A stretch of DNA of 63,947 bases, filler included, from Ministeria vibrans ATCC 50519 (Eukaryota > Protista > Filasterea), in NCBI GenBank assembly GCA_943704425.1. It is 7 parts of 7 records of this genome, joined end to end, with 100 filler letters (N's around TTAATTAATTAA, not from the genome) between each part and the next. Parts side by side here need not be neighbours in the genome. Positions count along the whole stretch, not along the records: positions 62,827 to 63,947 come from CALSCP010001669.1; 6 more parts are not named here. One strand, 5' to 3'. This document shows, one piece after another, positions 63,366 to 63,947 of this stretch. The notes beneath the pieces are model-generated. The model searched no databases. It was not told the DNA's origin and saw nothing but the letters and a program-made list of their open reading frames with translations. Each line of letters opens with the position of its first letter. Position 1 is the stretch's first letter. The position numbers were made by a program, and so were the translations under genes.

Positions 63366-63947
63366 AAAATAATAAGTTATTTTTGTATAATTATTATTAT
63401 TATTAATTATTTATGTTGTTTCAATTCATAGTCGATACTGTCCTGCTGGTCGCTACAACCAGTACACCGCTCGCTCTTCGTGTACTTACTGTGGCACTGG
63501 ACGTTACAACCCCAGCACAGGCAGTACATCGTCCGGCTACTGTCGTACGTGTCCGACCGGAAGGGTACCAAACCAGCGCAAAACAACACCACCTCAATTA
63601 ATGTTTACACTTGGGCTTTGCAGTATGGTCCGTCTTCGGGCGCCTCGTCGTGCCCCTACTGCCCTGCTGGACGCTACCAGAACACCTATGCTCAAACATC
63701 TTGTCGCGCTTGTTCCGCTGGCTATTACGCTCCGAGCACCGGCTACTCATCGTATGGATAGATTATTTTGACTAAAAATATTATTATTATTATTATTATT
63801 ATTTTTATTTTTATTATAATCATTGCAATGTTTTTTACCGTTCTTCCCTTACAGATGTCCACGATGCCCCTGGGGCAAGCGTACCGTTCAGACGTACCCG
63901 ACTACTTGCTACTTCTGCCCCGCCGGCTACTACACCGTCTCGGCAAC
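62982..63947 (+). CDS. Cys-rich GCC2/GCC3 (ephrin-receptor-like) repeat surface protein, internal exons
   Basis: About 17-aa repeats C..CP(A/T)GRY....G.SSC across at least 4 exons; both ends missing. Confidence 0.8.

Overview
This is eukaryotic DNA, probably from a free-living protist. The gene set (alpha-kinase, VwkA-type vWA protein, giant villin/gelsolin, ML-domain protein, kelch and CPxG surface proteins) is amoebozoan-like, but the taxon cannot be fixed from sequence alone. The window is not one continuous locus: seven contigs are joined by six identical artificial 100-bp linkers (N44-TTAATTAATTAA-N44), so gene neighbourhoods hold only within a contig. Genes are densely packed, have many short GT-AG introns rich in microsatellites, and often sit head-to-head 100-200 bp apart. 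Recognisable genes are a vWA protein, alpha-kinase, villin/supervillin-like protein, TMEM184/OSTalpha, ML protein, RhaT-like permease, nucleolin/NSR1, 5S rRNA, receptor-L-domain membrane protein, TAF11, Tpt1, a Qc-SNARE, an AAA+ ATPase, Rmd1/DUF155, a cytochrome-b5-reductase-like enzyme, RtcA, an alpha/beta hydrolase, Rae1, a dsRBD protein, a CzcO-like flavoprotein, SHMT and eIF4A3. The best candidate for an undescribed system is one multi-exon gene (45923-49619) fusing a CPHC glutaredoxin, a DUF4395-like membrane domain, a TehA/SLAC1-type anion channel and a degenerate hemerythrin-like domain, which could be a redox-regulated anion channel. Also notable are a capping-protein-interaction (CPI) motif inside the villin, a dsRBD fused to a decayed NYN/PIN-like domain, several intron-containing genes of bacterial type, and a short motif shared by the long first introns of three RNA-processing genes. 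All family calls come from motif recognition by eye; no searches were run, and exon boundaries are manual.
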